Assembly (NCBI RefSeq): GCF_963921235.1
Contig: NC_086123.1
Coordinates: forward strand, 1,550,001 to 1,614,000
Source: Mobula hypostoma
Lineage: Eukaryota
DNA: 64,000 nt
Direction: 5' to 3'
Numbering within the stretch: the first letter of the stretch is position 1; each line of letters begins with the position of its first letter. Positions 40,652-54,004 of this stretch are shown here, piece after piece. Made by a program: the position numbers and the translations under genes. The notes under the pieces were generated by a model. That model saw only the letters and a list, made by a program, of their open reading frames with translations, was not told where the DNA came from and searched no databases.

Positions 40652-40905
40652 GGATCGACATCAGCGCTGGACTCTGGAACGGAGGTTCCCGGGTTCAAGT
40701 CCAGTTGGGCCACTCCCGAGTATGCTTTCCATCCGTGCCGGGTTGAGTGTTGAGCTGGCAACTTGGCCTCGTAAGATAAAGAAAAATACTGCGAAATGTC
40801 TGTGTGAGGAGAGGCGCCCCACACAGCTTCCGATCCGTGCCTTGTAAGGCATGAAAACGCCCGATGTTGGCCTCTCAGGCCTGAGTCGACATCATCACAT
40901 CATCA
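40652..40905 (+). mobile_element. tRNA-derived SINE with (CAT)n tail
   Basis: B box GGTTCAAGTCC; 8-bp TSD TTATGGTC; second copy at 16270-16505. Confidence 0.75.
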
Positions 40906-43900
40906 TTATGGTCCATGGGGCAAGTCCATTAAAAGCCATTTAATGTGTACGGTTTAATTATAATTACATAGTAAACATTCACATAAAATATTAGAATATA
41001 AAATTATTTATTCTGAGAAAGTTAGATAAAGCAAAATTCTAAATTGCCTGAAAATATACATTAGGAGAGATTTCATTTGAATCACGGTACTTGTACAACA
41101 TTACCAGCTAGCAGAACAGAGACATTTCATGTGGTTGTTTGCAGAGTTCATATACAACCTATCAAACCCAAAATCCAAAAGATTAAAATTAAAGGTTGTT
41201 CTTGCAGCATGTTCAAAATGCTTTGATAAATGCTTAGGTACGAGGAAGAGGAAAAACTACACACCAGTCTTGTTTGTCTCTGCAATTGAAATGCTTCTTC
41301 TAACTATTATCAAGTTAAAGAAATAAATTGGCTTTAAAAATTTAACAAATTTTAATATCAAAATAACATTAATGAAAAAAGCAATTTCAGTCACCAAATT
41401 GATTCCTAATCCACCTGCTTAAACAATATAAAATAAAAACTATAAATGTATAATTTTGCCCCTTTCACTACACACTAAACTGGGTACTAAACCCAGCAAG
41501 GATCAAGGCAATGCACTGCTGAAAGAATAACAAAATAGAAACTTTAATTCTCAACATTATGTAGTCAACACAAGTAAACAAAAAAAACTTCTTCAAAAAT
41601 TGCCCTGATGCTACCCAGCAAACTGACCCATATACAGTATTGAGCAAATGTCTTGTTATGGAAAGCACCTACATTTGTCTTGATGCAGAAATTCATACAT
41701 CTCATAACAGACAATTGATTGAAGCTTTTACAGAATTAAAATGATCCAATTCCACTTTTCAAAAATTGAATAAAAATAATAATCTTATAACCGTAGAATT
41801 TGTCTTGTACTTAGTCAGCACTTAACTGTTACTTAGAGGCCTTGACAAGCTTACAAACACCTAACGTGTACAACCGATATACGTGAATTAGCACTGGGGA
41901 GACTGGTGGGACAGATTTGTCAGCTGCTATGGGGCTGCAGGCACTTTCTGCTGCCTGGGAATTCAGTTTGAGGCCACATTTCTGACTGGTGTAATATTCA
42001 CAGGAATGAAATCCTGTCCTAAACTGAGGAAGGACCTGTAGCTGTGGAAAAGATTCACAGATGACAGATGGGATAAGTGATCAGTAGATTTAATTTTGGT
42101 GATGATGATTAAAATTGTTAAAGGCAGCTGCAGAACCTTTAAAACCACCATGGGAATCTTTCATGCACATCTTGACAGGTAGATGGAGGGGGAGCATGGG
42201 CTCATTCTAACATCTCTTCTGAAAAACCTTTTCCCAGTTACTGTTGTGCTTTCTTAATTCCAACAGCAAAATACTTTAATCCCCTGAGATTTCCATATTT
42301 TTCATTTCAAGTATCCAGGTATGTTATTCTCTTAAATAATTTTCTTTGCATCAATAGCCATTTGTGCTTTGGTTTCTATGTTGTATTAATTTTCTAAATA
42401 CTGTACTTTCTAACATCCCCATTGAGCTTTAATGTCTCCATCGTATCCTTATCTTTTCTGTGTTCAACATGTACTCCAGAAAGAGTAATGACCACAAATC
42501 TGAACTGACAGTTTACCAAAACCCTACTGAAAACCTACATACATTTGCCTATGTATTTCATTCAAAACCTTCGATAATTTCCCCATCAACCCAAATCAAA
42601 GTTTCATTGTAACAAACTTTAATTATTACTGTAACTCCAGTAAATCCTTTGTTACTGACCATGATGTTAAGAGAATAAAATCAGGGCTGACATAACAAAA
42701 ATGTTCTGTTCTCCTTCAAATTTGCAATGGTTTTTGTGAAGCACAAGGCTTTCTAAACTGAAGACCTGCTTCAGAGAGACTGCCACCTTTTCTTTTATAA
42801 TTACATCTCATCAGCAAACCAAATGAACCTGTCACTTTTACAAATGTTAATCACCAAAATAATTTTCAAAATTGGGACACAGTTTTCCCCCCCCCCCTTT
42901 TTAGATCATTAAAAGTCGACTTGTACATATCGGGGACGTGCACAAATCACAACTATGCAGCAATTAGCATTAGGATCCGGGCCACAAACCAACAGATCTA
43001 CAAACTATATTTCCCAGCTCACAGAAACCTCAATCTTTGCCATCTGCCAGTAGGGATACTTTATACTTTACATTCAAAAGGAAGTCCTTGTTTTTAATCA
43101 TGGGTTGATGCAAAGATCATAATTTGTCACTTACTGATCTAATTTCTGTCACCAAGTACAAACGTTTCTAATTAAAATGAGCCACATCAGGTGGCACCAC
43201 AATTTGTGTGAAATATTGCTGTGATATGATACCAGCACAGGAAGAATTGTAACAGGAATTGTATCTGGTCCAATTTCTCAATGTATGGGATTGAAGTGGG
43301 AATTGGGTACAAGCACTTCAAAATGAGTGCATAGCAAACAGGTACATTTGACCCACTTCCTACATTACATTCATCGCTAAAGGGCATCACAGTATTTCTC
43401 ATACTTCAACTGATGCAGGAAAAGTGCTTCAAATACAAGCTGTATCCCTGCATAGCAAAATGTGAAGATCATTGCTTTTACATTTGTTTGGAAACCATGT
43501 AATTTGAGATATGCAGGGAGTGATTTTTCACAGATTTGTTCAGGACATTTCCAGTTTTGTTATTTTCAAAATCCAAATTCTCTCTCATATTCTGTACCTC
43601 CAGATGATTATATCTACAATAAACAGTCGAAAACTTAAATCGGGATGTTTCCAGATGCAATCCATTTCTTCACGTGGCTGCCTGATTCTCAAAAAACAAA
43701 TCTAGTAAATATCAAGCATTGTAGACAAATATATTGGAACTAGATAAAACACTGTAAAGTAATAAGACGGTTCTGAAATCTAGCAATGCTCGCTGAGATA
43801 TGAAACCATTGTCTTTTGTTAAGTACAGATGTTGCTGTATTACCTGTAGATTATATTGTACTAAAAATAAGGATTTTTCCCTTACTTTTTGGACTTCTGC

Positions 43901-44010
43901 AGTAATAATTGGTTCCATGATGTGTACTCACACCTGCTTAATGCAAAGATCAGACAAAACATGATTCCACTGATTCAGCAGGATTCTTTGGTCAGAGGAT
44001 GATGTCCCCA

Positions 44011-44215
44011 TCATGGGCTCCCTGGAGGGGTGGCAAATCCAGAGCTGTCACTGTCAGTGTCACTGGGGGTTGGAGATTGTGGAGTGCTCTCATCAGGGCT
44101 CTTGGTATTTCGAAATTTATTTAATAAAGTCATGTTGAAAGAAGATGCAGGAGAGTTCATTTCCCCTTGTTCTGCCTTGACCTTGGGGGTTTTGGATGGA
44201 GTCCCACCTGGAGAT
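44011..44215 (-). CDS. PRR11-like/NEMP-motif gene, last coding exon
   Basis: Polypyrimidine TTTTAG|(R)SPGGTPSKTPKVK...FNMTLLNKFRNTKSPDESTPQSPTP...GFATPPGSP-TGA; matches the PRR11-family RSPGGTP and LxxKF pattern. Confidence 0.85.
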
Positions 44216-46473
44216 CTAAAAGAGGAGGAATTGGAATTTAGGGAAGTACAGTTAGGAATGGGGAGTATTTACTGATAAGATGCATGCATAAAAGCAATCT
44301 GACCCCGCACAGTCGCTGAACACCAGGGGAGGCAAGCTTATTGACTCAGTCCGGCCTGGCGACCATCCAAATTAATAGCTATTTTAAAACAGAGCTACAG
44401 ATCAAATCTAACCCATGGCAACTCTGCACTTAACCCACTGGATATTCCACAATCTCCTGCCAGTGTGAGGGGTGTAGAGGAAGTGAACTGGGAAAGACAA
44501 TTGTGCGGGCTGAGGTGGAGGAGGCAGACGAGAAAGGGGTGGTGAGGACATGGGCAACAGTGCGTGGAAGCGACCAGTATCCATGGAAAGTTAAAGACTG
44601 CATCTTCCCAGAGGGATGCAGATGAATACCCCTTTATCTCCATCAGTGAACCAAGGTGGATGGATGAGCTGTTAAATTAATAGCAAAGCAGGCCTCCATC
44701 CTTCAGTTATGATCAACTCTAGTGCCCTCATGGCTCTTGCATGCACAGTGAAACTCAGCACAAGGGACGTGCGGCAAAAACAAATCTGCACGGTCTGTTC
44801 AATGGCTTCCCAGAGCCAGCACTTCACCTGCCTTGTCGCGACAGCAACCAACCCCAGCCTGTGGTTTTCTCTATCAAACTCCAACCACCTGGAGATTCAT
44901 TTTCTTGCAGGCATTTACAGGAAAAAAAGAAACAACAGAATTTTATGCGAAACTCTACATAAATAAAGATGGACAAACAGCCCATGTGAAAAATAAGATA
45001 AACTGTGCAATTAATAAAAAAAATACTGAAAATATGAGTTGTAAAGAGTCCATGAAAGTGAGTCTGTGTGCAAAATCAGTTCAGGAAAATGGCGATTGAA
45101 GTTATTCTGTGATTGTCAGGTAATAACTGTTCCTGAACCTGGTAAACACAAAATAATCTGCAGATGCTGGGGTCAAAGCAACACTCACAACATGCTGGAG
45201 GAACTCAGCAGGTCAGGCAGCATCCGTGGAAATGATGGTGTGGGACCAAAGGCTTCTGTATCTCTTACCTGAGACAAGCTTATTGCGAAGATAGTAGGGA
45301 TCTCTGATGACGACTGCTGTTTTCTTGTGACAATGCTTTATGTAAATGGTGGGGGAGGGCTTTGCCTGTAATGAACTGGGCTATATGCACCACTTTCTGT
45401 AGCCTTTTCCATTCCTGATTTCCCATACCGGTTAGGATTCTCTCCACTGTGCATCTATAGAAGTTTAATTGTTTTTGGTGACATCTATGAATCTATGCAA
45501 ACTTCTAAGAACGAAGCCACACTGTCATGGCTTCTTTGTGCTGGCACTTATGTGCTGGTCTCAAGATAGATCCACTGATATGATAACACCAAGGAATTTA
45601 TAGCTACTGCCATTTTCTACCTCCGTTCCTTTAAGAGAAGCCTGGTTCATGGACCTCTGGTTTCTTCCTCCTTTGCTTGACGATCCACTCTTCGGTTTTG
45701 CTGAGGCATCGAAAGCATTTCTGTTGCTTGGGTTCGCTTTGTACAGGCAATGACATTAACGACCTGCCACAGCTGTCAAGCATCTGTCTGTGATTCAAGT
45801 TTAGACTGATTTGCCACTTTTCATGTCAGATTGCTTTCCGGGTGTCAAACCTGGACCTCTTGTACTTTCCTGGAATGCCAGTCCAGAGCGACACCAGGAG
45901 ATTGAGTCTCCTGCTTCATCCAGGGCTTCTGACTGGGGAAGATTGCATGATTTTGTGAGGATGTACTTGTCCATGGGCATATTTATAAGGCCATGACAAC
46001 TGTAGTGCATTCATTCAGGTTCTCAGATGAGTCCTTGATTATAGCCCAATCCACCGACTCGAAACAATCCTGTAACCAGTCTACTGCCTCCCACGACCAT
46101 CTCTTTGTTGTCCTTGCCTCTGCTGCCTTGCTGTCTATCTCTGCCTATACTCAGGTAGGAAGAGGACAGCTAGATGATCAGATTTCCCAAAATGCAGCCG
46201 AGGGATGGTACGGCAGTCATTCTCGACGGTCTCAATCCTCTGCACCAGGTAGGACGTCTTTCAAAGGCAGTGCAAGGAGGCATCGTCCATCATTAAGGTT
46301 CCTACGTACCCTCTTCTCATTACTACCATCAGAGAGAAGGTACAGGAGTCAGAAGAACCACATTTTTAGGAACAGCTTCTTCTCTTCCACCACCAGGTTT
46401 TTGAATAGTCCTTAAACCCAAGAACACTACCTCAACTTTATTTTTGCACCATTCCATTTTTTATTGTAAATTG

Positions 46474-48050
46474 CAATGGTGCTAGAAAGTTTGTGAACCC
46501 TGTAGAATTTTCTCTATTTCTGCATAAATATGACCTAAAATCTGATCAATTTTTCATACAAGTCCTAAAACAAGATAAAGCGAACCCAATTAAATAAATA
46601 ACACAAAACATTATATTTGTTCATTTATTTACTGAGGAAAATGATCCAATGTATTTGTTGGAAGAAGTATGTGAATCTCTGGGGTAATGCCTTCTACAAA
46701 AGATATTTGGAGTCAGGTGTTTCAATCAATGAGATAAGATTGGAGATGTGGGTTGTAGAGGTGCCCTGCCCTACAAAAAAAGACACACAAAGTCAGGTTA
46801 CTGACAGAGCCTGTACTTTTAAGAAAGCCCTGTTTATGTGCACCATGCCTTGATCAAAAGAACTTTCTGAGGACCTTAGAAGAAGAATTGTACAGATGTA
46901 CGAAGCTGGAAAAGGCTACAAAAGCATTTCTAAAAAGACCCGAGTGTTCATCAGTCCACAGTAAGAGAAACTGTCTACAAATGGAGGAAACTCGGGACTG
47001 TTGCTACCCTCCCTAGGAGTGGGCAATCTGCAAAGATCACACCAACAGCATAAGGTGCAATGCTGAAGGAGGTGAGCCTGCAGAAATCTCTACAACTTGC
47101 TAAAGTCTCTGTTCATGTGTCCGCTATGAGAAAAACACAATAAGAATGGTGTTCACGGAAGGACACCGTGGAGGAAACCACTGCTCTCCAAATAAAAACA
47201 TTGCTGCACGTCTCAAGTTTGCAAAAGGCCACCTGCATGTTCTACAACACTTCTGGGACAATGTCGTTTGGATAGGTGGGACAAAAGTTGAACTTCTTGG
47301 CAGAAATGCACGTATGTTTGGAAAAAAAGGGGCACTGCACGTCAACAGCAAAACCTTACCCCAAACGTGTAGCATGTTGGAAGCAGCATCATGGTTTGGG
47401 GCTGCTTTGCTGTCTCAGGACCTGGACAGCTTGCAATTGTTGAGGGAATAATGAATTCAAAATTGTATCAAGACAGTTTACAGGAGAATGTCAGGCTAGT
47501 GATCTGTCACCTGAAGCCTAATTGAAGTTGTTTAATGCAACAAGACAATGATCTGAAAGACAAGAGGAAATCAAGAACATAATTGTTTAAAAAGAAGGAA
47601 GTTTGTGTTTTGGCATAGTCAAGTCAAGATCCCGACCTTAATCCTATAGAAGTGTTGTGGAAGGACCTGAAGCAAGCAGTTCATGCAAAGAAGCCCACCA
47701 ACATCCCAGAGTTGAAACAGTTTTGTAAAGAGGAACAGTCTAAAACACCACCAAGCCGATGTGCGGGACTGATCAACAGTTACCGGAAACATTTGGTTGA
47801 AGTTATTGCTCTAGAAGGGAGTCACACCAGTTACTGAAAGCAAAGGTTCACATATTTTTTACAACAAATACAACAAATACTTATTGGATCATTTTTCTCA
47901 ATAAGTAAATGAACAAGTGGCGTTACTTTTTTAATTGGGTTCTTTTTATCTAGTTTTAGGACTTACACAAAGATCTGGTCACATTTTAGGTCATATTTAT
48001 GCAGAAATAGAGAAAATTCGACACAGTTCACAAACTTTTTAGCACCACTG
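46474..48050 (+). mobile_element. Full-length decayed Tc1-like transposon with long TIRs
   Basis: CAATGGTGCTAGAAAGTTTGTGAAC / GTTCACAAACTTTTTAGCACCACTG|TA; ~200-bp inverted ends; transposase remnant ~46844-47837 (SKELSEDLRRRIV, QQDND, DLNPIEVLWKDLK). Confidence 0.92.
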
Positions 48051-48406
48051 TATCGTAACTTTTTTAAAGTCTTGCACTAGACTGCTGGCCCAAAACAGCA
48101 ATTTTCACAACATGAAAGCGTTGGTAAACCCAATTCTGATTCTCGAATGTGATTTCATCAGGGCTTTACATATCTTAAGAAAACAGCAACACACATTTCT
48201 GTGGACAGTTCTATCCCCTATTTAACGGAAAGAAAGTAGCTGTCTATTCATTTTTGCAACTCATGGACTGATACAGCACCTACAGAGGCTCTTTGGCCCA
48301 CCATGTCGATGCCAGCCGCAGAATATCCACCTATACTAATCCCACTTACAGCAGTTGGTCCCTTGCCTCTCATGGCCCCGTTTACACCAGAAATGCTTTT
48401 ACGTAC

Positions 48407-48523
48407 CTGTCAACCCCTGTTGAACGAAGCCTCTTAAAATGGTTTGCAGCCAGTAGCTCAGAGTGAATGCTCTTGACAGGATGAAGACTGTGCAGACTTT
48501 CAGGGTCTCTCAGATCGCCAATA
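48407..48523 (-). CDS. PRR11-like/NEMP-motif gene, coding exon 5 (WH2-like segment)
   Basis: TTTGTAG|SIGDLRDPESLHSLHPVKSIHSELLAANHFKRLRSTGVD+AG|GTACGT; 117 nt, phase 2-2; joins the next exon to give LRSTGVDRSPGGTP. Confidence 0.78.
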
Positions 48524-49984
48524 CTACAAACAGATCAGTTAACAAAGTAAATTAGAGCAGCTGCTATTATCATCAGTGATATTTCATTTCAGAAACCCCT
48601 GTTTTAATCCTCATTGTTTTGGACAAGAAAATGCAACTCATTGTCAGCAGCAACAATTTTTAGATCAGGTACAATGAGAAACAAAGTAAACCTCGACACC
48701 ACTGTGTCAGATTATTTATTTACCCCACAAACTAACTTGTATATCAAGTGAGGAGACAGGGCCTAGATTCTAGAGTTCAGAACAATGAGAGGTGTATAAA
48801 AAGCGTTGAAGGTTTTGACAGCTGATATTTCCCTGGACATCAGTGTTTCTAGGATCATGTGTCACAGTCTCAGTATATTATCATGGAGGTGAGAAGAAAT
48901 ATCCACAGAGTTTTTGGAATTCACAATCCAAGAGGACCTGAAGAAGGAAGAGGTAATCACAGCAGAGCAAATCTCCACCTGGAATTTATACAAGTTCCCC
49001 TGGCAGTAAATGACTCCAGATTATATTAATCAAAAGGTTCTGAGTGTAATTCTAAATACTATTAATAGAAGATTACTCCCCCAGTATGCTGGAATTTGGT
49101 GAAACTCCCACAGGAATCAGGAATCTTGGAAATACTGATCCAATTCAGTCTGCAAGATCTTCAGAGTATCTGAGGATCCAACTTTTCCACGTTTGGCTAT
49201 GATATGGATGCATCATTAGGACATTAGAAAGTTTTTGACATGAACAGACTATTCGGCCCAATAAAGCTTGCCAAATTCCCATTCACAAAGTGTGTTGAAG
49301 TAACTATCGAGTTTAGATTGGAAAGTCTCCAAAGTACAACTCTCAACTACACAGCAAGGTAGTTTGTTCCGTGTGTCCACAACTCGCTGTGTAAAGAAAT
49401 GCTTTCTGATGTTGGTCTGAAATCTCCCCTTAACCAGTCTCTGTGTCCTCGATGATGGATTAATTTTGAAGAGCAGCTGGCATCCATTTTATTTACACCC
49501 CTTAATGATTTTGAAAACTTCTATCATATCTCGTTACATTTACATCTATTACCCAAGTAAATTAACAAATAACTAGGTGTATTTACAACACAAGTTACAA
49601 AGTAAACAGTATAATGCCACCAGCGCTTCATGCGTGATGAGACCTTAGGTAGTGGCAGTGAGTTCAGTAGTCTTACGGCCTGGGGGACCTCCAAGAGAAC
49701 CACAAGCCTGTTGTTTGGGTTGGAGGCTTGCATACCTCAATGACCTGGAGAACTATGTTGGATGCGGTTAAAGCCTTGTGCTTTGATCTGGTAGAGGCCA
49801 GACTAACGGTGGTCCACTGCTCCTCCAGGTTCGGGGTTCAGCTCAGGACTAACAACCCTGACTGGTCAAAAAATTTGTTACGGAAACAGCAGTGAAGAAT
49901 CCTGTATCTGTGTGAGACAGTATTTCTAAGTCTCCACCTGCGATTTGTAGGACCGACAGTAGTGAACACCGAGAGGAAGCTGCT

Positions 49985-51305
49985 GGTCCTCACAATCCTT
50001 TGTAGCAACTAGCAGTTAGATGCCTTGCCAGACAGTGATGTAGCTGGTCAGGACATTCTCGATGGTGCTCCTGTAAACGTCTGTTAAAGGGGGGGTGGGG
50101 GAGCCTCACTCGTCTCAGGGACTGGAAACGCTCTGTGCTTTTTTGACCAAAGAGGTGGTGCTGAGGGACCAGGTGAGATCATCCATATGAGCACTCCCAG
50201 AAACCTGGTGCTCCTAACTCTCTCTACAGAGAAGCTGTGTATGTGCAATGAGGAGCAGTACGCCTGCACCTTCCTGAGGTCCACAATCACAGACATCCCA
50301 CCTCTCCCGGAAGTTCCAGGAGTCTCCTGCATATTGATAGCGGCTCCCTGATGCCCAGAAATTATATACAATATCCCGGAAATCGATTTTTTTGAGAGGG
50401 AGAGGGAGAGGGAGAGGGAGAGTGAGCATCCTGACTGGTCTCTCTTCGTGCTCAGTAGACCTATCAGTTCTCACTGTGGGCGGGCTTTACAGTCGACATC
50501 AAAAATAGTGACAGTGTTGCTCGCTGCACTGTTTGCAACAGTGACTTTTCTATTGCCCATGGCGGGTTAAAATGTAAAAGACATGTTGAGGTGAGTTTAA
50601 CAGGTGTCATTCGTTCATTAGTGTAGCTAATGTTATTTAAACTAGTTGGCTGGCTGCTAAGGAGCTACGCTATTGATGTCCTACGTGATGACACCAAACT
50701 CCCTGTAGACTTGCTTAAAGTTGTAATAGAATAAACATGTTAATATACACTTTGTAGTATAATGTAAGTACATATTTTAATGTCACATTTTCTGCATATA
50801 CCGAACTTGGTTTACAGATTAGACAAAATCACTAAACAAAGTATTACATACACCCTTGGAGGTCGACGGGGGGAGGGGGATATGGGTTTGAGAGGGGCAG
50901 GGGTGCTACCTCCCTGAAATGAGTTTTTGCAGGGTGGGAAGTCCACAATCATCTCATTGCCTTGTCCACACTGAGACTCAAGTTGCTGTGCTCGCACCAT
51001 TTTACCAGCCATCCTACCTTCTCTCTGTACGCCACCTCTTCCTCGTTGTCCATGAGGCCAGCCACTACAGTGTCATCAGGGAGCTTGTTGACTGGGTTTG
51101 AATTGGACCTGGCAGTGCAGTCTGGCTGAGCACGGAGCCCTGGGGAGCACCACTGTTCGGCATCAGTGATATTTCTGCCAACACGCACTGACTGTGGCCT
51201 TTCAAGAAGTCCCGGATTCAGTTACAGAGAGAGGTGTTGAGAACCAGCAAGGACAGTTTACCCACCAGCTTCTGAGGAATGATTACATTAAAAGCTGAGC
51301 TGAAG
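49985..51305 (-). mobile_element. Rex1/Babar-like LINE fragment interrupted by a hAT derivative
   Basis: DDTVVAGL..EEVAYREKV..WCEHSNLSLSVDK and FLGV remnants. Confidence 0.75.
50290..50943 (+). mobile_element. Non-autonomous hAT element retaining a BED zinc-finger fragment
   Basis: 8-bp TSD CACAATCA (50282-50289, 50944-50951); CAGACATCCCACC / GGTGGGAAGTC ends; ARCTVCNSDFSIAHGGLKCKRHVE at ~50517-50590. Confidence 0.75.
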
Positions 51306-51459
51306 TTTGAGTCTCATTTTCTTTTGAAAAATTCAGATATACAGTACAGTATAATCTTGATGCCTCACATCCAATTACAGTGCTCCATACCACAATCTAA
51401 TCTCCAAATTCTTCCCTCTACGTAACTGTACTCTCCAAATTCTTTGCTGAAGACTACTC

Positions 51460-52640
51460 AAAGTTCAAAGTAAAGTTTATTATCAGAGTACATACACATC
51501 ACCATATACAACCCAAAGATTCTTTTTCCTGCGGGCATACACAGCAAATCTATAGAATGGTAACTGTAAACAGGATCAATGAAAGAGCAAGAGCATAGAA
51601 GACAACAAACCATTGAAATGTTAATATAAGTAAATAGCAATAAATAATGAGAGCATGAACTGACAAGATAAAGAGTCCAGAAAGTGAGATCATTGGTTGT
51701 GGGAACATCTCAATAGATGAGTGTAGTTATCCTCTTTTGTTCAAGAGCCTGATGGTTGAGGGGTAGTAACTGTTCTTGAACATGGTGGTGGGAGCCCTGA
51801 GGCTCCTGTGCCTTCTGCCTGATGGCAACAGCGAGAAAAGAGCATGGCCTGGGTGGCGAAGATCTTTGATGATGGATGGTGCTTTTCCACGACAGCGTTT
51901 CATGTAGATGTGGTCATTGTCTTGGACTGCTTTAGCTGTGATGTATGGGGCCGAATCCACTATGACCTTTTGCAGGATTTTCCAGTCAAAGACACTGGTG
52001 TTTCCATAGCAGGCTGTAATGCAGCCCGTCAGCACACTTTCCACCAAACTTCTATAGAAGTTCTCAAGGTTTTCAATTACATGCCGAACCTCCACAGACT
52101 CCTGAGGAAGTAGAGGCGCTAACTTGCTTTCTTCGCAATTACATTTATATGATGGGTCCAGGACAGGTCCTCTGAGGTAGCGACACCCAGGAATTTAAAG
52201 TTACTGACCCCTCTACCTCTGATGAGTCTTGGCTCATGGACCTCTGGTTTCCCTTTCCTGAAGTCTTGGTCTTGCTGACATTGAGTGAGAGGTTGTTGTT
52301 ATGGCACCACTCAGCCAGATTTTCCATCTCCCTCCTGTATGCTGATTCATCACCACCTTTGATGCAGCCCACAACAGTGGTGTCATCAGCAAACTTGTAG
52401 AAGGTGTTGAAGCTGTACTTAGCCACACAGTCATGGGTGTAAAGTGAGTAGGGTTGGGGGCTAAGCACACATCCCTGTGGTGCACCTGTGTGAATGGGGA
52501 TTGTGGAGGAGATGTTTTTGCCAATCTGAAATGACTGGGGTCTGCAAGTGAGAAAATCCAGGATCCAGTTGCACAAGGTGTTATTGAGGACCAGGTCCTA
52601 AAGTTCACAGATCAGTTTTGAGGGAATGATGGTATTCCTT
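51460..52640 (-). mobile_element. Rex1/Babar-like LINE 3' portion
   Basis: [48 protein letters not shown] and FYRSLVESVLTGCITA..HPGHALFSLLPSGRR. Confidence 0.88.
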
Positions 52641-53121
52641 TACTGCCCATCCCTTTATTCCTACAGAATATCTAACACAAAAGATTTGCTTTTGATTCAA
52701 AGTAGGTGAATATATTTATTTATTTGTTTGTTTGTTTGTACCACAACGCACTGCCCCCAGGTCCTTTTACTAAAACACAATAGTAAATATTGGCTCACTG
52801 GTGAAAAAACCCTCTGTTCAGAGTAGTACCAAGATCTGATGGCATAGAAAGTGAACATCAACACTTTCTAAAGTCTGCACACAGCTATTGTGGCTCTGTG
52901 GAATAGTTGGATGCACTCCTGCAGCTTGCTCTTGTTAAAGTATCCACTCAGTGCTTCCAGGCAGTCAGAACTGGTCAACGGTGTAAGATGGCTCACATAC
53001 AACTAGACACTAATATATCTAAACACTGGGCAACCTGGAGACAGCAGTGAGAAACGCTTACAACGTTCGGCATCAAAATTCACATGTACGATGCTTCAAA
53101 TTTAATGTTTCACTCTCTCAC

Positions 53122-53198
53122 CTTTTTGAACGTCGATTCAGTCTGGCCAGTCCATAACTCTCCAGCAGATCGGGGGTTGCCAAGACCATTTGTTCTTT
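53122..53198 (-). CDS. PRR11-like/NEMP-motif gene, coding exon 4
   Basis: TTGCAG|KEQMVLATPDLLESYGLARLNRRSK+AG|GTGAGA; phases 0 to 2. Confidence 0.7.
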
Positions 53199-53798
53199 CT
53201 GCAAGTTTAGGGAAAGGCAGTGTGAATTTAGACCATAGGACACAAGAGCAGCATCAAGCTATTTGGCCCATTGAGTCTGCTCCACAACAGCGCAGGCACT
53301 TGAAATTTACTGAAGTAATTGTGAAACACTTGTTTCAAAGGACACGTTTCTATTTTTTCTTTAGAAAAGGGACAAAATACACAATCTTCCCACTCCTTTT
53401 GGTAACTTGTACATTCCTTTCCAATGGGTTAGTTTTCCCTGAACATACTAGAAACTTCAGTTTGTCAGTAGTGGCAACCTGTGCTAAGTGGCCATTTGGG
53501 TCATGGAAATGGGCTCTTACAGAATTCACAAATCACTACCCAAAAATTTGAGATACTAAATAGAGTTTATTTGCACTGTATTTTTTGGGGGAAATAAAAT
53601 AAAATAAATCTACTTTTTCTTTGATCTATGCGTAGATTATGTAGTTTTGCACAGCACAATATCGTGATTGGGACCATTTCTTAGGGAAGTAACACCTCCT
53701 CCCCCATAACATCAGGCTGAATGCATCTCTCCCTGTAGAGCAGACCTCCAGCCGCCAGCAAGCACAAAAACACACAAACCTGCAGTTCAGCTACTTAC

Positions 53799-54004
53799 TG
53801 TGCAGAGGTTGGACTTGTCTTTCAGAGGGGTTTTAAGAGGCAGTTTGCTGGAAGATGGAGGCGGTGGTGGTGGAGGAGGAGGAGGTGGAGGTGGTGGTGG
53901 AGGAACAGCAGATGTAAGAGAGGAACTGGCCCTTGTAGGACTCTCACTCTGTTCCTTCAGCCTTTTTTCAGCAAGTCGCTTGGAAGTTCTTTGTCCTTTT
54001 GCCT
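53799..54004 (-). CDS. PRR11-like/NEMP-motif gene, coding exon 3 (P16 tract)
   Basis: TTCCTAG|EAKGQRTSKRLAEKRLK...AV-P16-SSSKLPLKTPLKDKSNLCT|GTAAGT; phases 1 to 0; mixed CCA/CCT/CCG codons argue for coding constraint. Confidence 0.85.

Noticed and set aside
38475-44010. Overlapping 3' UTRs or CPE elements between the convergent genes
   Set aside because: AT-rich with several candidate hexamers; transcript ends cannot be fixed from sequence alone
49620-49985. Possible RTE-type 5' region with HDV-like ribozyme
   Set aside because: Only vague resemblance; I could not build the nested pseudoknot
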